A DNA stretch of 64,000 bases from Patescibacteria group bacterium (GTDB lineage: Bacteria > Patescibacteriota > Microgenomatia > UBA1406 > GWC2-37-13): assembly GCA_026004455.1 (NCBI GenBank), contig BPJE01000002.1:5207-69206 (forward strand), read 5' to 3'. The notes under the pieces are model-generated. The model worked only from the letters and a program-made list of their open reading frames with translations, was not told where the DNA came from and did no database searches. The position numbers were made by a program, and so were the translations under genes. Positions 1 to 10,267 of the stretch are shown here, piece after piece. Every line of letters begins with the position of its first letter. Positions within the stretch are counted from its first letter, which is position 1.

Positions 1-610
1 GACAGATTGTTACATAGTTAGACAAAATCTGAATAATCAATCATTAATTACCATACCCTTTTAAACAATACGTAATACTTGCCATCAGGCATTAATAGTT
101 AATTTCTATCTCTATAATACCATATTTCGCTTTATTTAGATACTTACTTTTTTTGTACTTCCCTCATACCTCTTTTAACATCATCACTCAATTTATCTGA
201 ATCTTATTTGGAAAAAACAAAAGATATATCCAATAGTATTTTACCTACTGGACTATTTGCAAAAGTAAAACCAATAAAATGTAAATTCTGAATAATTTGT
301 TTATCAATTAGGTTAATATTTTCTTCTATATCCTTCATATTTTAAAGCAATTTACCAAAATGCCATAAGATAATGCCGTCATACTTGCCTTTCTTAATTT
401 ACGCAAATAGTTTTCTAAACTTAGTACGTATATCAACTCTTCTTTTAACTCTGCTTTTCTTTAATGGGGTTATATTGTCTTTTAAAAAACTATAAGCTTT
501 ATTTTCGACTAATTTCTCACACTCAATAATCTGTTAGACTAACGATCTTATTTTTCTTTCTTTGCTTTTTTTGGGCTTGCGGACATACATAACATAGTGA
601 TTTAGAAGAT
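1..610 (-). pseudogene. Decayed large serine recombinase (resolvase-type catalytic domain), runs off the left edge
   Basis: Manual translation: HYVMYVRKP..ERKIRSLV*QIIEC..RTKFRKLFA*IKKGKYDGIILWH../..NSPVGKILLDISFVFSK*DSDKLSDDVKRGMR. Catalytic YxRKS reads YVRKP; several substitution stops and a frameshift. Confidence 0.8.
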
Positions 611-614
611 TTAC

Positions 615-1547
615 TCACTCAAAAAGCAGATTGTCAAATATTTTTCTTGCAGTTTCTTTAACAAACATATTTTCAGTCGCTCCTATAACTCTTACTTCGT
701 AAATATATTTAGGTGTCGTAAACATTGTGTATTGGGCAACATTAATAATTAGTTTACCTCCTGAATTAGGATAATATTCAGACACACTGAGGTCATATAC
801 TTTTTTATTCCACCTGTTAACTTCGCTAAACGAGTTAATAACATATGCTGATGCTTCCATCTCTTTTTCCTCAGCAATATTGTTAAACGATTGGAGCTTA
901 TTTTGTAATAAATCTAACATAGTTAAATTGGTTAGATTATTTGAATTCGGAATACAACTAACTACAACAGCGGATGAAATATAGCCGCTAGCTTCTTCAA
1001 TTGTGGCATACATTGCTGCAGCCTGTTTATGTTCTTGATGGTCTGTAATTAGTTTTGAAAGTAAGTTTGGGTATACTCCACCACGAGGAAAATCCCAAAA
1101 TCTTCCAATATCATCATCGTTATTTAAAGACGGCTGTCTGTTTGAGTCAACTGAAATATAATAAGGTTTTTCTTTAGGAGGAATTGGAAATTTTACTCCA
1201 CATTTACCATTACTTTTGTATATCCACCCGATAGGTAAAGTAGTTACTGGTTGTACTGAAGGTGTTATTGACGGAATATTCTTTTGTGTAGGATTATTAG
1301 AAACAACTAAAGTAGTTGAAGTTCTTTGTTGAATAATTTTGGTTGTAGATTGATTTTTTTTTGTACCTAAATAGTAGCTAACTAATCCAACTAAAACAAT
1401 AACAAAAATAATACTAATAATTATTGGCAGATTAATCTTAGGAACATTAATCGGAGAACTTATGGTCTTGTTTTCTTCAGGAATAGACTGAAAGGATGGT
1501 GTTTGAATTGGATGAGTTGTTTGAACAATATTATCTGTATTATTCAT
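615..1547 (-). CDS. Hypothetical single-pass membrane/surface protein (likely start MNNTD at 1547)
   Basis: One TM helix (LPIIISIIFVIVLVGLVSYYLG), then a T/P/S-rich linker and a globular domain. Confidence 0.75.
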   Translation of the reverse strand: MNNTDNIVQTTHPIQTPSFQSIPEENKTISSPINVPKINLPIIISIIFVIVLVGLVSYYLGTKKNQSTTKIIQQRTSTTLVVSNNPTQKNIPSITPSVQPVTTLPIGWIYKSNGKCGVKFPIPPKEKPYYISVDSNRQPSLNNDDDIGRFWDFPRGGVYPNLLSKLITDHQEHKQAAAMYATIEEASGYISSAVVVSCIPNSNNLTNLTMLDLLQNKLQSFNNIAEEKEMEASAYVINSFSEVNRWNKKVYDLSVSEYYPNSGGKLIINVAQYTMFTTPKYIYEVRVIGATENMFVKETARKIFDNLLFE

Positions 1548-1661
1548 AATTTTATTAATTTCTAAACTTAGACGTAGTAAAAGTATAGCAAAATTTCTTA
1601 ACTTTTCAACAAACAGCTTATATCGCTTAATGAGCTTTTCTTTTTTTGTATTTCTTCTCAA

Positions 1662-2607
1662 ATTATTGTTAAATCTTTAACTTTTTCTTTATCAGACAAA
1701 GCAATAATTTCTTAAACATATTCATACAATCATACTTCAGTTTATTTTTTCGATAGGTAACGGAAACGAACATAATCGTTTTATTTTCTCAAGTTTTTTA
1801 ATAGCCATTTACAGTGGTTCTTAACGCTCTTACAGCCTCTAGAGTATTCTTAGATATATTCAGTAGTTTCCAAATCACCTCTTTGAATATTTCCTCTGTT
1901 TTGCTGATAAGCTCTTTCCTTTTAGCTTTAAGTTCATCAAAATTTGATGAATCTAGACCCCAACGTTCTTTAATCAACCGAATATATGTCTTCGCGATAT
2001 TAAAAATATATTTTAGAATATCAGATACATCCCGTAGAGGATTCTGTGTTTTGAAGGATAAGACCTTTACACTTAGTCAGTAAACTTATCCCGTTTTAAA
2101 TTAGACATTAGTTTTGTTCCATATAATTTCATTAAGTATTTACAGTTTTCTTAAACACCTTAACTTTTTTAATAAACGGCTAAGGCTTACATAGATTTAT
2201 AGCTTAAATCTAGTTTTAGAAATAGATCTAAATATAAAAAGTATCAAGCTTTTTAACTGAAAATATAATCGAAAACTAGGCTACCCCCCCTATCTACTTA
2301 ATTAATTAGGAAATTTTGATACTTTACCTATTAATAAAACTCAATAAGAACAAGGCTAATGATAATCTTTAACGATGAAGATATATTTCCCATCTTTAGA
2401 ATTTAATATCTTTTTAATGTTTTTAACTTTTTAGACTGTAGTCATATTTAAAGCAATAGTTTCGACATCAGGATTTACGACCTGATAATCTTCTACATCC
2501 TTTGGTATCTAGACTATTACTTTATTATCGATAGGCTTTATTTCAACAGTTTAGTTAAGTCATAAATAAAGTAAAGTTAAATTATTCTTTTTAATTTTGT
2601 TTTCCAT
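1662..2607 (-). pseudogene. Possible heavily degraded gene of unknown family
   Basis: Coding-like fragments interrupted by many stops, e.g. RWGLDSSNFDELKAKRKELISKTEEIFKEVIWKLL. Confidence 0.3.
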
Positions 2608-2785
2608 GTTTTATTATGGCTAAAAATCAACTTAAAGAGTAATAGAAGTTAATTTACTTTCGAGTGTTACTTGTTTTTTATAAAGAATAACATCAATTTC
2701 TTCTTTACCTAGTTACACCACTCTAGGTTTTGTATAATGTGTTTGTAAAATGAGATATAATTTTTTGAGGTTTGACTAATTTTAA

Positions 2786-2794
2786 TGCTATACT
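2786..2794 (+). promoter_or_regulatory. Extended -10 (TGcTATACT) of a probably leaderless cysS
   Basis: Ends 6 nt before the ATG; no Shine-Dalgarno (SD) sequence. Confidence 0.6.
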
Positions 2795-2800
2795 TATACA

Positions 2801-4204
2801 ATGAGACTTTATAATACTTTAACAAGAAAAATCGAAGATTTTGCTCCTTTAAATCCGCCTATTGTCACTTTTTATTCTTGCGGCCCAACTGTTTACGACT
2901 ACACTCACATCGGCCATATGAGAACTTATACTAACAATGATCTTTTAAAAAGAACCCTTATTTATTTAGGATATCAAGTCAAACACGTGATGAATACGAC
3001 TGATGTTGGTCACTTAACTGGCGATGATGATACAGGTGAAGATAAACTTGAAAAAGGCGCCAAAAAAACTGGAAAAACAGTCTGGGATGTAGCCAAGTTT
3101 TATACTGAGTATTTTTTTAAAACTATTCATGCTTTAAATATTATTGATCCCGATATTGTCTGTCCGGCGACAAAACATATTGATGAGATGATAAAAATGA
3201 TAAAAAAATTAGAAGCAAAAGGTTATACATATGAGACAAAAGAAGCGATTTACTTTGATGTTTCAAAATTTAAAAATTACGGAAAACTATCTGGTCAAAA
3301 ACTAGAAGAAAAGATCCAAAAAGCCAGAGAAGAGGTTCATATTGACCCAGAAAAAAAACATCCAGCTGATTTTGCTTTATGGTTTAAACGAGTAGGTCGA
3401 TTTGCTGATCATACAATGCACTGGGACTCTCCTTGGGGCGATGGTTTTCCTGGGTGGCATATTGAATGTAGCGCGATGAGCACCAAATATCTTGGTCAAC
3501 CAATTGATATTCACTCAGGTGGTGTTGATCATATTCCAGTTCATCATGAAAATGAAATTGCCCAATCTGAAACTGCCAATAACACTCAGTTTGTTCGCTT
3601 TTGGTTTCACAACAATTTTTTAATGGTTAATAATCAAAAAATGAGCAAATCTTTAGGTAATTTTTACACTATTGATGATCTAGAAAAAAACCAGATTGAA
3701 CCTCTAGCAATTCGTTATCTTTTTTTACAAACTCATTATCGCCAAGTAATGAACTTTACTTGGCAATCAGCCAAAGCCGCTCAAAATGCTTTTAATAATC
3801 TGAAAAAAATCATATTAACCTATAAGTCCTATAAAACCAATAAGTCTTATATGTCCAATAAATCTTATAAGACTTATTTTTCTTCTTTTATCTCCGATGA
3901 CCTACAGATTCCTAAGGCTTTATCCTTGATGTGGCAGATGATTGATGATAAAAATCTCTCTCCCCAAGAAAAATTAGATTTAATTTATGATTTTGATCAA
4001 GTTTTTGGTCTTAATTTAAAATCCTTAAAAGAAAAAAAAGAAAAAATACCAGAAAACATTATCAAACTAGCTGAATTAAGAAAAAAATATCGCCAAGAAA
4101 AAAACTTTGAAAAATCCGATGAACTAAGAAAACAGATTGAAGATCTAGGCTACACTATAAAAGACCTTAAAAATAATCAGTATGAGATTAAAAAATTAAC
4201 CTAA
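2801..4204 (+). CDS. cysS: Cysteine--tRNA ligase
   Basis: CGPTVY, HIGH, GFPGWHIEC and KMSKS motifs. Confidence 0.98.
   Translation: MRLYNTLTRKIEDFAPLNPPIVTFYSCGPTVYDYTHIGHMRTYTNNDLLKRTLIYLGYQVKHVMNTTDVGHLTGDDDTGEDKLEKGAKKTGKTVWDVAKFYTEYFFKTIHALNIIDPDIVCPATKHIDEMIKMIKKLEAKGYTYETKEAIYFDVSKFKNYGKLSGQKLEEKIQKAREEVHIDPEKKHPADFALWFKRVGRFADHTMHWDSPWGDGFPGWHIECSAMSTKYLGQPIDIHSGGVDHIPVHHENEIAQSETANNTQFVRFWFHNNFLMVNNQKMSKSLGNFYTIDDLEKNQIEPLAIRYLFLQTHYRQVMNFTWQSAKAAQNAFNNLKKIILTYKSYKTNKSYMSNKSYKTYFSSFISDDLQIPKALSLMWQMIDDKNLSPQEKLDLIYDFDQVFGLNLKSLKEKKEKIPENIIKLAELRKKYRQEKNFEKSDELRKQIEDLGYTIKDLKNNQYEIKKLT
3818..3877 (+). repeat. In-frame 9-nt tandem array inside cysS (TYKSYKTNKSYMSNKSYKTY)
   Basis: Units like CTATAAGTC/CAATAAGTC; same family at 4979-5020 and 17038-17076. 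Confidence 0.8.
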
Positions 4205-6003
4205 AATTTTTGACTTTTGAATTTTGAATTTTGACTTTTTTTATATATCCTCACTGTTGGATGATCAAATACAGTTAAAGTCTCTTCAGCTCGCTCATCA
4301 TTAAAAAACTCTAAAAATTTATTATCTAAATTAAAAGGGAAAACTGAAAATTTTTTTACTAATTTAAATCCAAGCTCTTTATTAAACAACTTTTTATAAT
4401 ATTCATTTAAAATTGGAAATTCTTTTTTTAGATTATCGCAGCGATCTTTTTCATAAACAATTTTGTCAAAAATATTTTCATTTCCATCTGGCCAATAACA
4501 AGTATAATTAGCAAAAATTCTTCTTGAAGGAACAATGATATAATCAGCTTTTTCCAAATGCTGAATCAACTCTTCGTGAAGACTCGGATTAGTATCTAAA
4601 TTATAAAAATCAAAAGAAATCACCTGATAATTTGTAATTTTTTCCTTATTAATCCTATTTGATTTTTGATTTTGGATTTTGGATTTTGGACTTATTATCG
4701 GTAAATCCACCACATTAGCAGTTTCAGATAAAATATATGAATTTTCTGAGATGTTTTCATAAATCCAGTCAGATACCTGAAATCTAATATCTGGCTGAAG
4801 ATAAATTGAAAAATAAAAAATCCCCGGAATAATCAAAAATATAACTGTTATAATCTTTATAACTTTTATAATTTTTATCCTCTCCAAAAATATTATTCCT
4901 GATATTAAAAGTACCGTATAAAATGGTGCTAAAAACCTTGTCCATTTAGTAAAAATCAAAGCATTTGGCAAAAACAATCCTATTAAACTTATTAGACCTA
5001 TAAGACTAATCAGACCTATTTTTCTAATTTGTATAATGTTAATTATTAGGGCTATAAATCCTATTATTCCTATACCTCCCGTTGCATAAGGTATGACTTT
5101 TATCAACTGAAAAACCACTGGTATAGTATGATCAAACTGTTTAGTATAAAAAACTACATATCTTCCCAAACCAACATCACTTTCATATTGAATAGCGCTT
5201 AAAAAATCATTCCAATTTATAAGATTATGAGGTGAAAAAATAACAAAAAAGATAATACTGACAAAAATTAAAAAAAATATATCAAATAATTTAATTAAAA
5301 AATTAAAAAATAAAAAACGATGTTTTTTAACAAAATTATTTCTAACAATAATCAAAAAAACTGGTAAAAAAATAAAAGTTGCTGATGATATTTTTATAGC
5401 TAAAGAAAAACCTAAAATAAAACCAGACTTTAAAATAAAATTAATTACTGCTAGTTTATTTTTAATAAACAATATTCCTAAATAAATTAAATAAACATAA
5501 AGAAAAATCAACATTGCTTCAGTTGTTCCAAAATGCCCATATTGAATAGCAAATGGAGAAAAAATTAATAACAATACTGAACTAAATGAGGGTTTTTTTC
5601 CTGTCACTATTTTTATAATTTTTATAATTAATATTCCTGTCCAAACTGACATAAAAGCAGAAATTAATCGCAAAGCTAAGATTGCTTCTTCAAAACTAAT
5701 AGTAAATTGACCAAAATCAAATAAGTTTATTTCTTTAAATATCAGTTTAAAAATAAAAACTAAAATATAACCTAAATATAAAGGTAATTGTCCATAAGCA
5801 AAAAAATGAGGATGAAAACATTCTTTTAAATTTTTAAAATCACAACTTAATTGCTGCAATGCCACTGCCATATTCCTTTCATCAGGATGAAGAGGATAGG
5901 GAAGGCCCCAATCAAGACCAATACATCTTGTTATTATTAAAAAACCAATCACAAAAAGCCAATAACCGATATTTTTATAATTACTCTTGATTTTATGCCA
6001 CAT
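4201..6003 (-). CDS. GT-C (ArnT/PMT, GT39-like) membrane glycosyltransferase
   Basis: WGLP..HPDE motif, multiple TMs, C-terminal FDHPTVRIY; carries in-frame repeat tracts. Confidence 0.8.
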   Translation of the reverse strand: MWHKIKSNYKNIGYWLFVIGFLIITRCIGLDWGLPYPLHPDERNMAVALQQLSCDFKNLKECFHPHFFAYGQLPLYLGYILVFIFKLIFKEINLFDFGQFTISFEEAILALRLISAFMSVWTGILIIKIIKIVTGKKPSFSSVLLLIFSPFAIQYGHFGTTEAMLIFLYVYLIYLGILFIKNKLAVINFILKSGFILGFSLAIKISSATFIFLPVFLIIVRNNFVKKHRFLFFNFLIKLFDIFFLIFVSIIFFVIFSPHNLINWNDFLSAIQYESDVGLGRYVVFYTKQFDHTIPVVFQLIKVIPYATGGIGIIGFIALIINIIQIRKIGLISLIGLISLIGLFLPNALIFTKWTRFLAPFYTVLLISGIIFLERIKIIKVIKIITVIFLIIPGIFYFSIYLQPDIRFQVSDWIYENISENSYILSETANVVDLPIISPKSKIQNQKSNRINKEKITNYQVISFDFYNLDTNPSLHEELIQHLEKADYIIVPSRRIFANYTCYWPDGNENIFDKIVYEKDRCDNLKKEFPILNEYYKKLFNKELGFKLVKKFSVFPFNLDNKFLEFFNDERAEETLTVFDHPTVRIYKKSQNSKFKSQKF

Positions 6004-6025
6004 AACTAGTATTATATTACAAATT

Positions 6026-6289
6026 ATGAAATACGAATTGACGCTTCTTCTTGAAAAAGAAGCTTATTTACAAATTGTTAAAGACTTAATTACTACTTTC
6101 AAAGGAAAATTAGAAAAAGAAGAAAAATGGGGTGAAAAAACCTTAGCTTATCCTATTGGTAAAAATAAAAAAGCTTTTTATTTTCATCTTTTAATTTCAA
6201 TGGATAAAAAAGCTATTAAAGAATTCAGACAAAAACTAAATTTTGAAGAAAAAATTATTCGTTATTTATTGTTAGTAGTTGAAAAATAA
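6026..6289 (+). CDS. rpsF: 30S ribosomal protein S6
   Basis: MKYEL, WG..LAYPI, IIRYLL; first gene of rpsF-ssb-rpsR. Confidence 0.95.
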   Translation: MKYELTLLLEKEAYLQIVKDLITTFKGKLEKEEKWGEKTLAYPIGKNKKAFYFHLLISMDKKAIKEFRQKLNFEEKIIRYLLLVVEK

Positions 6290-6293
6290 AACT

Positions 6294-6830
6294 ATGGCAA
6301 GCAGATCTTTAAACAGAGTAATTTTAATTGGTAATTTAACTCGCGATCCAGAACTAAAATATACTCCAAGTGGCACTGCTGTTTGTACTTTTGGAGTAGC
6401 AACCAATAGAAATTGGACAACTTCAGATGGTCAAACTAAAGAGGAAGTTCAATATCATCGTATTATTGCTTGGCAAAAATTAGCTGAACTTTGCGGAAAA
6501 ATTTTAACCAAAGGAAAAAAAGTTTATCTTGAAGGTCGAATTACTTATAGAAATTATACTACTAAAGACGGTCAACAAAGATCAGTGGCTGAAATTGTTT
6601 TAGATGACTTTATTGTTTTTAACAATGGAGCAAGAAAACCTATGAGTAATAACAACGAAGAATCAAAAATTAATCAACCAGAAAAAACAGAAAAAACAGT
6701 TGAAGAAGAAATACCAGTTGAAGAAGAACCTATTGAAGAACCAAAAGTCGAAGAAGTTAATCAACCAACTGAGACAACTAATAACGAAAACGCTGAAGAA
6801 AAAATTAATCCAGACGATATACCATTTTAA
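6294..6830 (+). CDS. ssb: Single-stranded DNA-binding protein
   Basis: LNRVILIGNLTRDPE; C-terminal DDIPF. Confidence 0.98.
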   Translation: MASRSLNRVILIGNLTRDPELKYTPSGTAVCTFGVATNRNWTTSDGQTKEEVQYHRIIAWQKLAELCGKILTKGKKVYLEGRITYRNYTTKDGQQRSVAEIVLDDFIVFNNGARKPMSNNNEESKINQPEKTEKTVEEEIPVEEEPIEEPKVEEVNQPTETTNNENAEEKINPDDIPF

Positions 6831-6868
6831 AATCAAAAATTAAAAATTAAAAATTAAAAATTTTTTTT

Positions 6869-7075
6869 ATGAATTGTTTTTTTTGTCAATACAAAACTAG
6901 TCCAAGTTATAAAGATGTTGATAATTTAGAAAAATTTTTATCACCAAGAAAAAAAATTCTAGGTCGTGATAAAACTGGAATTTGTGCTAAACATCAAAGA
7001 CAACTAACTAAACATATCAAATACGCGCGTTATCTCGCTCTAATTCCATACGTCTCATATCAAAGTTTACGATAA
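6869..7075 (+). CDS. rpsR: 30S ribosomal protein S18 (zinc-type)
   Basis: [27 protein letters not shown]. Confidence 0.95.
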   Translation: MNCFFCQYKTSPSYKDVDNLEKFLSPRKKILGRDKTGICAKHQRQLTKHIKYARYLALIPYVSYQSLR

Positions 7076-7100
7076 TCATTTTTTTTATTATACTTAAATA

Positions 7101-7820
7101 ATGATTATCCAATATCCTTTGCCAGAAGAGGCAGAATTAATAGTAAAAAAAGGTGACAAAATAGATTTTTCAACTTGCTTATTTGAAAATAATCAAATAG
7201 AAAAAATTGAAATAAATATCGCTGCTAAACTCTCTGTTAATCCAAAAAAAATCTTTCATTATTTAAAAAAACTTGTTGGCGAAGAGATTAAAAAAGATGA
7301 TATTTTAGCCATAAAAGAAGGTTTTTTTTCCTCCAAAAAATTTCTTTCACCGGTTGACGGTATTATTACTGAAATAAATCACGATCAAGGATCAATAATT
7401 ATCAAAACCAATTCTGATAAAAAAGAAAAATATCTTTCTATTTTTAAAGGCACAGTTGATAATATTGAAAAAAATTTTTTAAAAATCAAATTAAATAAAG
7501 GTCAAAGTTTCTCTGTTAAAAATAAATCAGATGAATTTGGAGGAGAAATATTTATTTATAATAATCAATTATTTTATAATTTAAAAACTGAAGATGTTGA
7601 AGAAAAAATTATTATCAGTGAATCTCTTTCTTCATTTGAACAAATAAAACTTGAGGCTCTTGGAGTAAAGTCATTTGTTACTCTTAAATCTTTACCTGAA
7701 AATACTGATCTCAAATCAGTTTTGTTAAAAAATATCGATGACTTAAAAAAAATCACTAAAGAAAAATTTTCTTATTGTAGTTATATTAAAAATTCTGATA
7801 TGATTTATTTTTATGACTAA
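7101..7820 (+). CDS. Hypothetical protein with biotinyl/lipoyl-like beta motifs
   Basis: VKKGDKI, GEEIKKDDILA, SPVDGII; overlaps the next gene. Confidence 0.6.
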   Translation: MIIQYPLPEEAELIVKKGDKIDFSTCLFENNQIEKIEINIAAKLSVNPKKIFHYLKKLVGEEIKKDDILAIKEGFFSSKKFLSPVDGIITEINHDQGSIIIKTNSDKKEKYLSIFKGTVDNIEKNFLKIKLNKGQSFSVKNKSDEFGGEIFIYNNQLFYNLKTEDVEEKIIISESLSSFEQIKLEALGVKSFVTLKSLPENTDLKSVLLKNIDDLKKITKEKFSYCSYIKNSDMIYFYD

Positions 7821-9018
7821 TAAAAAAAGATTAAAAATAATCAATTTTATATTCATTTTAGCTTTTATTATTGTTATTTTTGGTAGTGGTTATAAACTTG
7901 GCGAACAACAATATCTAAATAATCTTCAAAAACAATTTAGCCTCCCAAACTCTTTTAACAACAATCAAACTTTTTCTAAAGTTTTAGATATTTTGCAAAA
8001 AAAATACGTTGACAAACAAAAAATTAACCAAGAAAAACTATATTATGGAGCAATAAAAGGAGCAGTTGCTTCACTTAATGATCCATACACTTTCTTTTTA
8101 ACCCCTGAGGAAAATAAGCAATCAAAAGATGATCTGCAAGGAAAGTTTGAAGGTATAGGCGCTCAATTAGGATTAAAAAACGGCCGAATTATTGTCATCG
8201 CTCCTCTTAAAAACTCACCAGCTGAAAAATCTGGAGTTAAGGCTGGTGATTTTATTAATGCTGTTGATAGTGAAAAAACTGCCGGTTGGACACTCAATCA
8301 AGCAGTTTCAAAAATTCGCGGCCCAAAAGGAACAAAAGTAAAACTCACTCTTGAAAGAAATAATAAAGAACTAACTGTTGATATCATAAGAGATGAAATT
8401 CATGTATCTTCTGTTGAACTATCATATAAAAATAATGTTGCTATTTTAAAATTAAATCAATTTGGTGAAAATACTAATGATGAATGGGATAAAGCTGTTG
8501 ATGAAATTAAAAGTCAATATGATCAGAAAAAAATTAAAGGAATGATTTTAGATCTTCGTGATAATCCTGGCGGTTATTTGCAAAGCTCAATTTATATTGC
8601 CTCAGAGTTTTTGACCATAGGAAAAATTGTGGTTAAACAACAATCAGTCAATCAAAGCCTTAATTATTATGTCGAAAGAAATGGCCGACTTTTAGATATT
8701 CCTCTTGTTGTTTTAATTAATCAAGGATCAGCTTCAGCATCGGAGATTTTAGCTGGTGCATTAAGAGATTACAAAAGAGCAAAACTCGTTGGCGAAAAAA
8801 GTTTTGGTAAGGGATCAGTTCAAGAAGCAATTGATCTTGATAAAGGAGCTGGTATTCATATCACTGTTGCTAAATGGATTTTACCAAATGGTGACTGGAT
8901 AAATGAAAAAGGTATTAAACCTGATATTGAGGTTAAAAACGAGATCGATGAAAAAAACACCTTAACACCCGATAATGACAAACAACTTGATACCGCATTA
9001 AAAGTTTTGTTAGAATAA
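7813..9018 (+). CDS. ctpA: S41 carboxy-terminal processing protease
   Basis: DLRDNPGG, SASASEI, FGKGSVQ motifs; PDZ domain; N-terminal TM. Confidence 0.95.
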   Translation: MTNKKRLKIINFIFILAFIIVIFGSGYKLGEQQYLNNLQKQFSLPNSFNNNQTFSKVLDILQKKYVDKQKINQEKLYYGAIKGAVASLNDPYTFFLTPEENKQSKDDLQGKFEGIGAQLGLKNGRIIVIAPLKNSPAEKSGVKAGDFINAVDSEKTAGWTLNQAVSKIRGPKGTKVKLTLERNNKELTVDIIRDEIHVSSVELSYKNNVAILKLNQFGENTNDEWDKAVDEIKSQYDQKKIKGMILDLRDNPGGYLQSSIYIASEFLTIGKIVVKQQSVNQSLNYYVERNGRLLDIPLVVLINQGSASASEILAGALRDYKRAKLVGEKSFGKGSVQEAIDLDKGAGIHITVAKWILPNGDWINEKGIKPDIEVKNEIDEKNTLTPDNDKQLDTALKVLLE

Positions 9019-9022
9019 TACT

Positions 9023-10159
9023 ATGAAAAAAACATTAGGCTTAATTACTGTTCTTTTAATTTTGCTTTATATTGCTCAAAAATTTAATCTTTATCAGTAT
9101 TTTGATAAAAATAAACAAAATAAATCCCAAGTTAATACTGAAAAACAAACTGTTGTTTATGAAGAATCAGTGATTACTCAAGTAGTAGAAAAATCAATTC
9201 CTTCGGTTGTTACTGTCGGTATCAGTACGACTATTTCTCAAGGTGATTATTTTCAAATTGATCCTTTTAATCCTTTTATTCCTTTTCGAAGAATTCCTGG
9301 TCAACAAAAAAAAGTAGAAAAAAATATCGGTAGTGGCTTTATTGTTTCCTCTGATGGCTTAATAATTACCAATAAACATGTTGTTTCTGATGAAGAGGCA
9401 ACTTATCAAGTATTAACTAATGATGGCAAAAAATATGATGTTGAAAAAATTTATCGTGATCCTTTAAATGATCTAGCAATTTTAAAAATCAATGGTTCAG
9501 GTTTTAAGCCTCTTGAACTAGGTGATTCAAACAATCTAAAACTTGGTCAACTTGTCATTGCTATTGGTACCCCTCTTGGAGAGTTTACCAATACTGTTAC
9601 TTCAGGAATTATATCAGGATTAGGTCGAGGAATAACTGCTGGTAGTCCATTTGAAGGATTTGTTGAAAAACTTGACAATGTTATTCAAACTGATGCTGCT
9701 ATTAATCCAGGCAATTCTGGGGGTCCACTTTTAAACTCAAAAGGTCAGGTTATTGGTGTCAACACTGCCATTGCTCAAGAAGGTCAAAATATTGGGTTTG
9801 CTATTCCGGTTAATGTAGTCAAAGACTTACTTAATAAATTTAAAAACAATGGTTATAATTTTTCTCGACCATTTTTAGGGATAAGATACAAAATGATTGA
9901 TAAACAAACAGCGATTTTAAATGATGTTGTTGAAGGAGCTTATGTCGTTAAAGTAGTTAAAGATTCTCCAGCAGATAAAGCTGGGATTCAAGAGGAAGAT
10001 ATAATTATCGAGTTTGATGGAAAAAAAGTTAATACCAATGATGATCAAGGATTAGCAAAATTAATTTTGGACAAAAAAATAGGCGACAATGTCACTTTAA
10101 AAATCTGGAGAAATAAAGAAATAAAAATAATCACTACGAAACTAGAAGAAAAAAAATAA
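9023..10159 (+). CDS. htrA: HtrA/DegP-family serine protease with PDZ domain
   Basis: GSGF, TNKHV, DLA, GNSGGPL. Confidence 0.95.
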   Translation: MKKTLGLITVLLILLYIAQKFNLYQYFDKNKQNKSQVNTEKQTVVYEESVITQVVEKSIPSVVTVGISTTISQGDYFQIDPFNPFIPFRRIPGQQKKVEKNIGSGFIVSSDGLIITNKHVVSDEEATYQVLTNDGKKYDVEKIYRDPLNDLAILKINGSGFKPLELGDSNNLKLGQLVIAIGTPLGEFTNTVTSGIISGLGRGITAGSPFEGFVEKLDNVIQTDAAINPGNSGGPLLNSKGQVIGVNTAIAQEGQNIGFAIPVNVVKDLLNKFKNNGYNFSRPFLGIRYKMIDKQTAILNDVVEGAYVVKVVKDSPADKAGIQEEDIIIEFDGKKVNTNDDQGLAKLILDKKIGDNVTLKIWRNKEIKIITTKLEEKK

Positions 10160-10212
10160 AAATCAACCTAAATTACCTAAGTCACCTAATTAACTTAAGT
10201 AATCTAATTATC

Positions 10213-10249
10213 AAGGACAGAACCTTTTTTTCACAAAGGTTCTGTTCTT
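10213..10249. repeat. REP-like palindrome family A (long loop)
   Basis: AAGGACAGAACCTTT..AAAGGTTCTGTTCTT. Confidence 0.9.
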
Positions 10250-10267
10250 AAATGGTATAATTTAATC

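Noticed and set aside
1814..2083. 89-aa plus-strand ORF
   Set aside because: Antisense shadow of a coding-like minus-strand remnant; no motifs.
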